A stretch of 64,000 bases of DNA from Azolla caroliniana (Eukaryota > Plantae > Polypodiophyta), in assembly GCA_043228905.1 (NCBI GenBank), contig JBHGNT010000021.1, forward strand, positions 11,036,001 through 11,100,000. Reading direction: 5' to 3'. Position numbers and translations under genes: made by a program. Within the stretch, counting starts at the first letter, position 1. Every line of letters begins with the position of its first letter. The notes beneath the pieces were generated by a model. It was given only the letters and a program-made list of their open reading frames with translations, had not been told where the DNA came from and made no database searches. Positions 43,863 to 56,659 of this stretch are shown here, piece after piece.

Positions 43863-45874
43863 GATAGCCCCTGGGCTGGACACCGTGGGACGTGGGCCAT
43901 GTTCGAGAAACTAAAAGGGAACTACTGGTGGCCGGGACTGTACCGGGACGTGCATCAGTTCGTGACAACTTGTGAGAGCTGTCAGATGCACTCCATAGTC
44001 CGACATCGGGACGAGCTTCACCCTACATACCCTCCGGCCATCCACTTCAAATGGATGGTAGATTTGGTGACGATGCCGATGGGCGTAGGGCAGATGCGAT
44101 ATCTTGTGCTGGCCCAGGAGGACCTGACGAACCAGGTGGAAGGCCGAGCCCTGCAGAACAAAACGACCGCGGCCGTGTGTCGGTTCCTGATCAAGGACGT
44201 GATATGCCGGTACGGGTGCGTCGGAAAGATCGTGGCTGACCGCGGGGAGTTGGACGCCGAAGAGGCTGAGGAGCTGTTCGACCGGTTAGGGGTCAAGCTC
44301 TCGCTCACCACAGCGTACAATCCGGAGGCGAACGGGAAGGCGGAGCGCGGGCACGGACCGATCGTCAAAGCACTAGTCCGGGCGTGCGAAGGACAGGTCG
44401 GGAACTGGCCACGACTGTTACCCTATGCCTTGTGGGCGGACCGGACAACGCACAGTTCGGTAACCAGGTTCATGCCGTCAGAGCTCATGTTCGGACAGAA
44501 GCCGATCATGCTGATGGAACGGAAAATCTCCTCTTGGGCGACAGTAGACTGGAGAGACGAGATGAGTCGGGAAGAATTGCTAGCGGCGCGTATACGACAG
44601 CTCGAGCGGGAGAGGGAGACGCTATAAAGGAGAGGGAGACGCAGGGAGAAGGGATCGCGCATTAAGAAGGACAAAGTGATGTCGGACCGTAACGGAACGC
44701 TTCTCCTCTGTTCGTTCTCGATCACTCTTCTCTACAGGGTTTCGGGAGGCTCGCGCTGCTTCGAGGAACGCCCGTGTGCTTCCGGCAGCACCTCCACCCT
44801 TTTCTCCTTTCGTGCGCAGACGAACAGGCATCGACATCTGTTCGCCGGCCTGTTCGGTTGTAATCGCTCGCGTGCTCTGTTGTGTATTTGTTATTCGTTA
44901 ATCTACAAAAACTTGTGTCTCCCTGTCTCTGTGTCCATTCGCGTCTTCTGTGTTGACGGGTCGTGCCCCTGTGTTTCCTTGCTCGTACGTAACCGGTCGT
45001 CTCTCTCTTTCTCTTTCCCCTCCTATCACCTGCTCTTCGGTTCAAGACCCCGGTGGTCCCGCCTCGTTTCTCCACGCACACGCGTAATAACGCGACAGCG
45101 TGCGTGGAGAAAGGCGGGACCACGAGGGTCTTGGACTAGAGAGCGACGAAGCGTAGGAAGTCGTACTTCACCATTTCCGGGGCATCCCAGAGGCACACTG
45201 GAGGCAACCGAAGAGAGAGAGAGAGAGAGAAAGAGAAAGAGAAAGAGAAAGAGAGGGGACTCGCGCTTAACACCGACTCGCACACACACACACACACAGG
45301 CTGACCCGGCTCACGCCCTGATGTACAGGAAACGCAGGAAAGGGGAAGCACCCGACACCAACAGAGACGCGAATATACACAGACAGACTCAAATGTATAT
45401 ATATATGAGGAAGAATACATTCCCGGCTTCGAGCCGGGCCAAGGTAGGTTACAGCAGTCGTCTGCTGTCAAGCCGCCGTCGGGGAGCTCTCGGCTCGTTG
45501 CGCCGAGCGGGGTCTTGCACAGGAGGCCGAGCCAAAGCAAACCCTAAGCAAACACGAAGGGGGAAGAAGAAGAAGAAGAAGAAGAAGAAGTGTAACTAAC
45601 CCTAAATCTAACGGTATACCCTCTAACGCAAAATGGGCAACCCCTTCACAAAGGGCGCTCCCTTCCTTTTATAGAACAAGGAGAGGGATGTGTTACAATG
45701 TGGCATAAATCCCGACTTACATGGGATCGTCTGTCCCGACTTGACTACTCTTCGGTGCCATAAAGGCGCCCTCATTATTCACACTAAATGTACAAGGGGG
45801 AGCACACACGCTGCACCCCGTCGATGTAGCCAATGTTTCCCGGTTTCCGCCTCTGGCCGAAATTCTTCACGACA

Positions 45875-46940
45875 ACGCGCGAGGAAGTCCATCAATTCGT
45901 ACGTGGTGCCGTGCCGAAGTAAAGCACTGAACTCGTATGCCTCGACGGGGAGGTCCTTGTAACCCAATACTTCCTCCTCCGATATTTGGGTGGTTTGCCC
46001 ATGCTCGATTTTGCCGGTGAGGGACGAGGTCCCTACTTGGGTTGTGGCCGTGGAGAGTATGGGAGTCGGTCGTGCTTCCTTTGATTGAATCTGTTGGTTA
46101 CCCTCGGGGGTTGTTGTCGTGCCGTGATTTAGGCATCTTTTCTTCTTGGGGGGGTCTTGTGACCTTGGTGCATTTTGCGTCACGACATCGGCCTGGTTTA
46201 GCTGGGGTGTTTGTACTCCTAAGGGCTGTTGGTTGGTTGAGCAAGGGCACTACCGTGGTGGGGCCTCCGATACGTTTGGTGGCTTCTACCGTATGGTGAC
46301 ATCCTCGGTGGTCAGCTCAGGGGTATCATCCCATTTGATGCAATTCAAGGTCAAGGCCCTTTGTCGTTGCGTTTTTGGTGGTGGTGTTGGAGATGTGGGG
46401 GCATGCTGAAGAGAAGTCGTGGGGGGTGGTGGGTATAGCACCGTGAGGTATTGTGCCAGCACAGGTAGAAAACGCTTACCAGATTGAAAGGACCCCAAAG
46501 CTTCTCAGACTCCTTCGTCGGTGAGGATTCCATAGTCCATAGTTCTGCCTTGGTACGCCTTGATGATGACGACGACCTTCTTCTGTGGCATGCTGGTGCG
46601 GTTTGTATGTGCGAAGGCATATTCCATCAATATACGAGCGATTTCACCAAAGAACTTGTTTGATCCTCCATACGTGCGATACGCCTTCCCAGAAACCGAG
46701 TATATGCCGAAGTAGTCTTTAAGGGTTGTGTGACGTGGGACCTCAATATCGTGTTCTCCACCGCGCTAGAGGTCTAACGCGGAGCGAATGATGTTGTTAG
46801 TCACTGTGTCTGGGTGTAACTACCGCGCAATCTCTTGAGCTTCAGGGTGAGGAGGTGCGTCGATGACTAGAAGGTAGCCACCCAACCCACGTCTCTCCAA
46901 CTATGTGCGGATTTCCTGGGAGACTTCGAGAGGCATGGTT
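45875..46940 (-). pseudogene. N-terminal part of the extra ORF of Gypsy C
   Basis: YFGIYSVSGKAYRTYGGSNKFFGEIARILME aligns with A YIGEYSLAIKGYRTQGGEDMLFCEIARVLHE. Confidence 0.75.
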
Positions 46941-47539
46941 GAATCATGGGATGATTGAGACGGGAAGTGGATGAGGCAAGGGCTAGACAAAGAGATGGAA
47001 GAGGTTGTTTGAAAGCGGGGACGCGGTTTTGTGCAAGTATTCAGAGAGCGAGATGAGGGGATAGAGCAAGACAACGTCTCTGTACAGTGGGTGTGAAGAC
47101 GAGAGAGTTTGTTTGCAAGAACTGTGAGGGCGTGAAAGAGCTTGTTTGGTAGATGGTTGTGAACGTAGAAGAACTTAGCGTTGTCTGTGAGGTAACCTCT
47201 TTTATGTGAGTGCCTAGGGTTTTGCGATGGGCTGAGGTTCTCTAGATTCTTGATCTTCCCTGCCATAATAAGCTATTATGGCCACGTGTCCCAGGACTAT
47301 TAGTGCAACTGCCCTCGTGTGGTGTGCATGTTCTTTAAATACTAGGTTAAAATGAAGGTGACTTCTAGTGCTCCTAATGATTTTTATTTTTTTCCCGGAT
47401 TCTATGTGAGTGCGGATTTTAATGCGAAAACAACTCCTAAAATTACCTAGTATACAATTTTGGGGGGTAGGTAATGGGTTTGCCTCTTTTGACACGTGGC
47501 GTCTGCCGTAGGTTGGTCGGTGTCGTGGCTTGACTTGGC

Positions 47540-50500
47540 AAAGGGATTCGGTGGGATAGTCTCGTGGTATGGTTTAAGTCAGAACCCATTTACCCAACTT
47601 TGGACAATGTTTCCGGCAAGTGTGCAGAGCTGAAACGTGCCATTAAACTCGTCGATGATCCAGAAAGGCCCCGTCCATCGGAAACATAGTTTCCCTAGCA
47701 TTGCGTCGAGCCGTGTTTGAAAGACTAGCACAGGTTTTCCGAGGCTAAATGATTTTTCTGTACCTTTGCGGTGCCAATCCACGAAGGCTTTGCATTTCCA
47801 TTGTCGTTGTTCAAGTTGGGCCATACTAGCCACTCGTTTTTCTCCGAGTTCGAGAAGTTGCTCGAGTCGATATTGCTCACATTGGGATTCTGGCAGCATT
47901 TCCTTGACTTGGACTTGAAGACTAGGAATCTGGAACTCGATTGGCATTACTGCTTCCAACCCAAATGTCATTCAAAATGGGGGGGATTGAATGCTGGTTT
48001 TGAATGTGGTCCGATATGCCCATAGTGCACTGTGCAGTTTGTCATCCCAGTCGGTGCGGTTCTCATTGACGATCTTTTTGAGGATTGTTTGCAGTATTTT
48101 ATTCGTGGATTCCGCCAATCCGTTCGCTTGAGGGTAGTATGGCGTGCTTTTCTTATGTACTACTACGTAGTGCGTGGTGAGCTCGCGGATAATTTGATTT
48201 AGAAAATGTCAGCCTTGGTCGCTGATGAGCTCCATTGGGCATCCAAAACGACACCATAGATGTTCGTAAACAAATTTTGTCGTGGATGCAGCGATGTTGT
48301 CACACAGTGCCTTAGTGTCGACCCATTTTGTACAATAGTCGGTTGCTACAATGATATACTTGTTCCCGGTCTGAGCCGCGGTTGGTTTGAATGGTCTGAC
48401 AAAATCTAACCCCCATTTTTGAAAGGGTTCTAATGGGAGGATGGGTTTATGCGGCATTCGTGCTTGCTCGGTCGGATGTCCCATACGCTAACACAAATCA
48501 CACTGCCGACAGAATTCCTAAGCATCCTTTTTCGTCGTAGGCCACCATAACCCGCTTTGCCATACTTTTTGTGTCGTGGAATCTCCAGCATAGTTCCCTC
48601 CTACTATTCTGTAATGTGCTTCTTGGAGAATTGCGGGTTTCTTGAATTGTCGTACTGCGCAGCGCCAAATGCCATTCGAGCGTTTGTGATAGAGGGTGTT
48701 TGTGATGAGACAGAAATTCCGGCTCCTAACTATTAGCCATTTCCGAGCATCTAGGGGTAAGTGGTTAGGAGGAAGGCCGGTGCTGAGGAAGTGGGTCATG
48801 TCTCTGATCCATTCGTCTTTGTTCTCGTCCGGTGTCGTTGCTGTTGTTAGACTGAAGAGGTGGGCGTCTGGTAGATCATCGTACATCGAATCGGCTGGTT
48901 CCCCTAACTCGAGGCAACTAAGGTAGTCGGCTACTATGTGTCGGACCCCTAGCTGGTGGTGAATCTAAAAGTTAAATTCTTGTAGAAGCAACATCACTCG
49001 GGCCAGTCGATCCGTGAGAGCCTGTTTCTTGACCAAATATAGAAGGGCCGAGTGGTCAACATGAAATGTGAATCATCGGCCGAGGGGGTAATGTCGAAAC
49101 TTCGTGATGTTGTAAACCATGCCAAGGGCTTTATGTTCCGTTGTGGAGTAGTTCTTTTCCGCGGCCGAGAGACGGCGGCTAGCATAATACACTGACCGAT
49201 ACCAAATTGGCGGTGTGCATTGCATGAGCACGCTTCCATTGGCTAAATCTGATGCATCCAAAAAAACGTGGAAAGGTTGTGACCAGTGCGGTAGCTGTAC
49301 GACCGGGGCATGTGATAACATTAGCTTCAAGGATTGGTAAGTTTCTTCTTCTATGGAGGGCCATTGGAATAGAAACCTACGTACTACTGCATGCAAGAGA
49401 GTCGTGAAATCAGCCAGGTGTCGTAACATCCGGCTATGCCATCTAATAGGACCCAAAAATCGGTTGAGGGCCTTCGCGATAGAGGGCGTGGGAGCATTCA
49501 TGATGGCTTGTACCTTGTCGGGATCCATGGTGATTCCTTCCTGACTAACGATGTGACCGAGAAGGTTGCCGTTTGTTACAAAAAACGCACATTTTCTTGG
49601 GTTTCAGCTCAGCCAAGCTTGGCGACATCGGTCAAGATAGAAGCGTAACTGGGCCAAGTGTTCTAGTTGTTGGCCATATACGGCGAAGTCGTCAAGGAAG
49701 ACTTGCATGAACGCCGGAATATATTCATCGAAGGGCTCGGTGATAATTCATTGAAATGTAGACGGTGCCGTTTTTAAGCCGAACATCATTACTTCGACCA
49801 CGAAGATGCCCCATTCCGTGAGAAATGTCGTTTTCTCTTGATCATCTGGGTGCATACGGATTTGATTATAGCCTTTGAATCCATCTAAAAAATTGTAGCA
49901 TTCGTGGCCAGCCACCGTGTCGAGTACACGATCCGTGAATGGGAGTGGGAAAGCATCCGTGACCGTCACAGCATTGAGTTTGCGATGGGGCTTAACCATG
50001 TGGCCCTTTTCACTGGTCGAATGAAACCTACGCGAAATAGTTTATCGATCTCCTCTTTGACTTTGACTAGGCGAATACATCCTTGTATTCTGTAAGTAGC
50101 CGTATGATCGTGGATCGTTCATCGGGCGGTAAGTTGTTGGCGATTTTTAGCGTTCGCGGGTTTTCGTCGAAACCGAGGTTGAGTGACTCGAGTGTGGATC
50201 GCTTGACTCGTTGGGAGATAGTGAGTTCTCGTTTAAACGCGTCACAAGCGTGGCGTAACTCCGCGATTGTCATTGGATCTGGCTCAGCTTGAGGGAATGA
50301 TTCCTCCGTGAAAACCTCGGCCACACATAAGCTGATGGCCAAGATGACGTCTATTTCGAAGAGGGGTATGATCGTCGGATGTTCTTTTAGGAAGTGATCT
50401 ACTTCCTCTTCGGCTAGTACATCGAGCATGTGCACGCCTTCCACGTATAAGGGAGTGGTGTTTTGGGGCATGGGGAGGCATTCCTCTGTTATTAGCCGTA

Positions 50501-52760
50501 CCTTAGTCTTTCCTCGACGAAATGAGATCATGTTGCATAGCCAATGTTGCTTAATGTTGGATGTTCGCAACCATGGACAGCCAAGAAGCATTGGGTATGA
50601 TCCCGGGGCTTCGAGGCGTAAGATTACTATAGATATAGTGAACATATGGCCTCCTAGCATGAAGTCGAGATGGTGGATTAACCCTATTGGTCGAACCGAT
50701 CGAGTATCGGCCATCTAGAGCCACAAGGGGCATGGTTCCCACCGGGTAAGACCGAGATTTTGGCATGTGGCCTCGCTGACTACATTAACACCGAAGCCTC
50801 CGGTGATGATGCACCCGTGAAGGTTGCATCCCTTGATGATGATTTTCACAGCGGGGTTCTGGGAATCCATGAGAGGTAGTCCCGTCCCTGGCTCGGCCAG
50901 GTGAACAGGGAGTGTTGTGGATTTGGTATCAGAGGTTAACGTAGCCAATGTATCTCTAAATCGTGGCATGAGTAGCAGGAACTTATGTAATGGCACTGAT
51001 ATCCACGAGCTGGTGAGAACATCCCACAACTGGTCTTCTTCGACCGAGCTGGATAGTTGTGTGACCTGTGGTGCCCTACTAGTGATGTCCTGCATCTCGG
51101 TGTGCATCCGATCGATGTTGGTTTTGTTGGCGTTGTTGATCATTCCTTGGCAGCTTGTCTGACTTCTTCTTGTATTTGCCATTGGTTTGACTGAGTTTTA
51201 CTACACGTGGTGACCTGTTGAATGTCATCCATGATACTATTCACGGTCAATGTCTTACCTCGGTCATTGGTTGGGCATTGGGTAGCGTAATGGCCCGGTT
51301 GGTTACATTTGAAACAGGTGACCGACGTCGAGTTACTCGTCTCTCCTCAATAGTTCTGTAGGGGAGGGTGTAAGAGGTTTGTGGGCTCTCGTGTAGGCGA
51401 GGTGTTAGGCCGTTTGTGGGGCACGTTGTTCCTCGGCTCATTGTGGGAAGGGCCCTACGCGGTTTGGAGTGAGGAGGTTCTCGGCGACGATTGTCATTGT
51501 GCCATCGATTATTTCGCGAACCTTCATGAGAGTTACACCAATCATTTCGTAAATAACGCGGTTCGTACCATTCATCCTAGTCGTCATCGTACCATTCGTA
51601 ATCATCATTGGCTCGATAGTGGTCATCGCAATATCGATCACGGCCATCGTCTGATCGCCTTCAATTGTCAGCCCGGTATCGGTCATCATCGCGGCGGTAA
51701 TCGTCATCTCATCGTTGACGATCCGATGACTGTGGACGCTCGTTATCCCTATTATGGTAGGATTGGCACTTGTCCTGGTGTGAGTAGTTGTTTCGAGCCT
51801 CGATCTAGCGAACTGGGGCGGCTGTCGTTCGGTTGAGCAAATTGTATTCACATTGTTCGACGGTATTTAATCGAGAATGGCAAATTGGGCAGGGAGGGCG
51901 GTGAGGGCACTCAATGGCTAAATGACCAGAGCCCAAGCAGGCCGTGCATTGGAGAGCCTGTCAGAAGTGATGGTCCTCCTGTGGAGGGAGAGTGCTTTGC
52001 AGTGAGCCATGGAAAAAGTTGTGTTGTGTTGCGTCCAATCTATTGCGAGGACACGTGCGATTACCTACTTGATTGTATGTTGGGAGAAGTCAGTTAGTGC
52101 TAGGGTTGTCCGCAGAGGCCCCCATAGGCCGGCGAGGAAGGTATCCGGAATGTGGTGTGCGGAGACATGTTGGGCATGCTAGTGGTAAAGATCTTGAAAC
52201 TGGATCGTGACCTGGGCGACTGTCTCTTGGGGTTTTTGGCTAATGGTAAAAAACTGTCGGAGCAGCTCCCGCTTCCGCACTTCGCGATGAAAAAGCTTGA
52301 GGAATTGAGGGCAAACGTCTTGGAACGTTGCAAACTCCCCCAGGTTGAGGCGAGAATACCAGCGAATGGCCGGTCCATCGAGGGATAGTGTGAATTCCAT
52401 GATTTTGGAAGACTTGATCTCGGCAGCGGTGAGCCGCTACGTCGAATGGTTGGCCTGCCATGTGGACATGAAAGGACGGATGTGTGATTCCGCATCGGGG
52501 CCATCGGTATATCACGGATAAGGGTAAGGCATGGTGTCGAGATCTGGGTTTTCAAGTAAAACCGGAAAGGGGTTAGGGTCAGGTTGGGTGACCTCTGAAG
52601 GGCTTGACAGGGAAATCAGTGCGGACTCCACTCGCGATTAGGTGTCGGGTGCCGAGGATTGCAACCGATGTGCCTCCGATAGTTCTGGTGAGGATTGCTC
52701 GGTTAGCGCCTAGTCGAAAGTGCCCTCGACGGGCTTGGGGCGATGGGCGGGTGACCGAGA
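47540..52760 (-). pseudogene. Gypsy C gag-PR-RT-RH-IN, many stops and frameshifts
   Basis: FLDGFKGYNQI, MMFGLKTAP, VFLDDF, YASRRLSAAEKNYSTTE, WGLDFV. Confidence 0.92.
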
Positions 52761-52823
52761 CCACGTGAGGCGATTGGGCGCTATTATGGTGGCTGAGGGT
52801 TGCCTCCTACATAGTTCACTGTA

Positions 52824-52836
52824 ACCGAGTGTGCCA
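52824..52836 (-). promoter_or_regulatory. 5' PBS of C (degenerate tRNA-Arg type)
   Basis: TGGCACACTCGGT, 5 nt inside the 5' LTR. Confidence 0.65.
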
Positions 52837-53351
52837 AATTGTGTTATCTCTTCCTTGGGATAAACACCTTCAATGAACCCTGAGGCTATCGGTATCAAGG
52901 GTTGTGGTACGTGAAGACTACTTCTCACACAGAGATTGAGTTAGGAAACGGGGAGGGGGGAAAGATTATACTGGCCACAACCAATTACTATTTACCATGT
53001 GTGTAGCTTAAACGTATGATTACGAAAAGATCATCGAATAAGAAGAACAACAAGAGGTATATATTAAATCGAGATTCCCTTCGGTTACAGTACACGACCC
53101 ATGGGCCGGAATAAAGCTATGTAGTGTTGAGGACTCATCAGCTATAATTTCCCTAACAGTATCTATATATCGCCGCCTGCCGAGGTACACAAGTCCTGGT
53201 TTATATAACCTTTTACTACCCAGGGTTGAGACCTTGGCTGATTGTAAGGCTGAAACCTCGGTTGCGTTTTGTTTAACAACTTCCTTACTTACTTTTCTAC
53301 CTACCGATGACTTTTTATTTCCTAATTTACTTTTCTAACCCATGGACAACA

Positions 53352-54151
53352 ACTCCCTTTTTCTATATATTACGAGAAAGGGAGATGATTTATGACTTAT
53401 TTGAAGCTGCTACAGGTATGCAAATGATGCATAACTACTTCTGAATTGGGAGAGTAGCTGCGGATTTTCTGTATGGGTGGGTAGACAAATGTATCGACTT
53501 CTGTAGGTATTGTCTTCCAAAAATTGGTGATTATGAGCGACTAATAACAAGGAATCCTATTTTTCTTAGACGAGTAGAGGGTATAGGTTTCGTGAGTAAG
53601 GAAGAGGCTATCAACTAGGGCTTATCAGGACCTTTGTTACGAGCATCGGGAGTTAAGTGGGATCTCCGAAAGGTTGATAATTATGAATGTTATGATCAAT
53701 TGGATTGGCAAATCCAATCAAAAAAAGAAGGAGACTCGTTGGCTTGTTACTTGGTACGAATCAACGAAATGAGAGAGTCAATTAAGATTATTCAACAAGC
53801 ATTGAAGCTACCTCCGAGAGGTCCGTACGAAAATTTAGAGGGATGCAGTTTGGTCAGCGACAGGGAGATGCAAAATGGAACGAATTCAATTACCAATTTG
53901 TTGGAAAAAATTCTTCCCGTACAATTAAGTTACCTAAGCAAGAACATTATCTGAGGGTGGAGGCTCCAAAACGTGAATTAGGTGTATTCCCAATTGGAGA
54001 TGATAGTGTTTTTCCCTGGAGATGGAAAATTCATTCTCCTGGTTTTACAAATCTACAGATTCTATCCCAATTAATAAAAGGAATGAAGTTAGCAAATATT
54101 ATGACAATATCAGGTAGTATAGATATTATTATGGGAGAGGTCGATCGTCAA
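53352..54151 (+). pseudogene. ndhH: Plastid ndhH 3' part (NUPT)
   Basis: [35 protein letters not shown]. Confidence 0.95.
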
Positions 54152-54152
54152 A

Positions 54153-54950
54153 ATGGTAATTAGTTTCGAAACCTATTCGGAACCAATAGTTCACTTGCAC
54201 GATATTGCTAGAAATCCCCTCAAATCAATTCAAATTCTGGCCTCTATCCTTTTGTTGGTTGTGGAGTGAAATCCTGATCAATTCAATTTAGAGGTAATGG
54301 TTTTTTGTAAGGCACCTCCTCTACGGAAAAGGAGTTACAATAGGGGTTTCAGTGATCGTATGGCTCGAACGAAAAGTGTTTGTGGGGGTGCAACAGCATA
54401 TCGGACCGGAATATGCGAGTCCCTTGGGGATTATTCAATCCTTGGCAGATGGTATTTAGCTTCTTCTAAAGGAAGATATTGTCCCCACTGGAAGTGATCC
54501 CTGGTTATTCAAAACCAAACCAGTTGTTGTAGACATACCAGTCTTCATAACTCGTTTGGTGATACCCTTTGGTCAGCATATAATCCTATCTAATCCGAAT
54601 ATAGGTGTTTCTTTTTGGATTGCTATCCCAAGTATCATAACCTTGGGTCTTCTAATGGCTGGATATGGGTCAAATAACATCTTTTCCGGGTGGTCTGAGG
54701 ACAACTACTCAATCAATCAGTTATGAAATCCCTTTAGCGTTAAATGCATTTTGTCAATATCCTTATGTGTGATTCGTTGAACGAAATGAAGGTGAAAAAA
54801 CTTTAAGCTTAGGAAATTAATGTCTCGTTTCTTCATAAACAAAATAGTCATTTGGGTGAGATCGAACAACATATCGCAGTTACTAGATCAAGCCCCATTC
54901 ACCGTGTGCGGGTGTAAAGTATATTTGAGCGGCAAACACCGCTTAAATCC
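54153..54950 (+). pseudogene. ndhA: Plastid ndhA exon 1 and start of its group II intron (54767)
   Basis: [20 protein letters not shown]; GTGTGATTCGTTGA intron start; adjacent to ndhH. Confidence 0.85.
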
Positions 54951-55679
54951 AAATTTAGGCGAATCCACCAAAACCTGCAGTGGATACTAAGAATCCTAAT
55001 AAAATAGGACTTGCTAGGATTAAACGAAAGTAGATGGTAAGGAACACTAATATACACAAGAGATTCGTTAGACAAATATAGAAAAAAAAAGGTATATATA
55101 TATACATATATATGGATAAGTTTAGATTAGTTAGGGGAATTACCAAACAAAAAATTTGTCCTTTTTTTAGAGGATTTACAAGGCTCAGCTTTGGTGGGGC
55201 TGACTGAGTCGTACACCTAGAAAGAATCTCAATCTCGAGTATATTTCTATCTACACGAATCATGACTATTTGGAATGAAACAACCTTTGTAACAGTCTAC
55301 CAAATCTATCAAAAACAAGGTTTTTTCTTATATACATACTTTGAAAGATTGCTGATTTTTTTTTTGTACCTTGGTTTTCAAATGTGGTTTTCTAGATGGG
55401 TGGGGTACTTACATTGGAGATTTTCTCTCGAATTCATAACATATAAGTGAACGGTTGTAGAAGAAATCCCCCGACTGTCTTTTAGTTTCTTGGGCCATCA
55501 AACCTATCAACAACTTAAAAATTCAGCTGGGAACTATGCCAATTAGATAATATTTAATGAAATTGTTTTGATGGTACATAAATTTCTACATTCAATTATT
55601 CTGTTGAGGGGATAGGTGTAATCTAAACACCACTTAAAATTCCTTGGGTTAGGGGTGAAAAGTAGACGAGGATAAATTT

Positions 55680-55830
55680 ATGTCTCTAACAGATTGGTTT
55701 AAAGATAGACGCAAATTTGGTAGGTTGATCATCAGAGCTTTTCCAGAAGACACTTGGGAGGATTCCAGTGAAAGTGGAAAAGACAAGGAAAAAAAAATTA
55801 ATATCAATACTCATAACGGATTATGGGCCC
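55680..55830 (+). pseudogene. accD: Plastid accD 5' fragment
   Basis: MSLTDWFKDRRKFGRLI..GLWA, the short N-terminus type of seed-free plants. Confidence 0.7.
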
Positions 55831-56126
55831 CGCCACCCTTCCTTAGAGAGAGAAAGCCATGGGCCAAAGGCAATTGCCAACGATCTTTCTATATATGATA
55901 TTTCAGGTTATAGAACAAATTTAGAATAATTCCAACCTCCGCCGCCCTAGTGGTTAGAAGCTTACCTAGCGGTAATAGTGTCATAGGGACCAAATGCGGC
56001 CGACGGTTCATGTGTTAGTGAACCACAAGCACATATAAACTATATGGCCTAGCATTGACAAACGAATCCGGAATAATATTCTAAAAAGATTAGTTGATAA
56101 GATGGGAGGCTTATTTCTCTTGAACG

Positions 56127-56365
56127 ATTAAAAACAAAATCTTATTGACATGGAAGGTACAGTTATAGAATCACTTCCTAATGCATTGTTTAGAGTGTAT
56201 TCAGATAATGGGTGCCACGTATCGACTCACATATCGGGAAAGATCTAACGTAACTATATAAGAATATTACCTAGGGATAGAATGAGGGTGGAATTGAGTC
56301 CCTATGATCTTACTAAAGGATGTACCACCTATCGTCTCAAAAATAGACAAATGAACGATACCTAA
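56127..56365 (+). pseudogene. infA: Plastid infA (NUPT)
   Basis: [43 protein letters not shown]. Confidence 0.9.
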
Positions 56366-56659
56366 CAAAATTTGGTTATAGCTATTATGCTTAACATCAT
56401 TATTTTCTAATGTTTTTGTAGTACAAGAATTTGCGGCAAAAAAAAAGGACAAGAATCTTTATCTTGGGGTTTCAGTAGTGATTTAAGTACTTCATTTAAG
56501 ATAGTGATAGATACTGTTACTACACTATCAAAATGTTATTTATTCTTATTCATATGTATTTTGATGAGATGGACATTACCGTAAAGTAGTTTTTTGAAGA
56601 TATCTTTCATAATTATTTTGAGATAAATTATCTATCTACTTAATCCTTTCTCTATCTTA

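Larger units (their letters stand above)
36117..44610 (+). pseudogene. Y RT-RNaseH-integrase (split by Copia B)
   Basis: LPQGGTNS..PLLDD; VDTSPTGIG; rejoins as YHDS|PWAGHRG..CESCQ; one stop at 36495. Confidence 0.9.
27977..45097 (+). mobile_element. Gypsy Y inserted in the 5' LTR of X, 4-bp TSD GCGT
   Basis: 5' LTR 27977-28611; PBS TGGTGAACCCGACATGAA at 28616; truncated 3' LTR ~44618-45097. Confidence 0.92.
23181..45874 (-). mobile_element. Non-autonomous gag-only LTR element X (~5.6 kb), 4-bp TSD ACGC
   Basis: 3' LTR 23181-23992 with adjacent PPT (GTTAGGTGGGGGCGGA on minus); 5' LTR split into 27957-27976 and 45102-45874; PBS 27935-27952; no pol motifs seen. Confidence 0.9.
21412..53351 (-). 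mobile_element. Full-length degenerate Gypsy C (~9.2 kb without nested inserts), TSD ACTCC
   Basis: 510-bp LTRs 21412-21921 and 52842-53351 (~29 substitutions by eye); ACTCC at 21407-21411 and 53352-53356; ndhH frame rejoins as GAHTP|FFYILRERE. Confidence 0.95.

Noticed and set aside
54955-55263. Hydrophobic minus-strand ORF as a small plastid gene
   Set aside because: I could not match it to psbI, psaI, psaM or ycf12.
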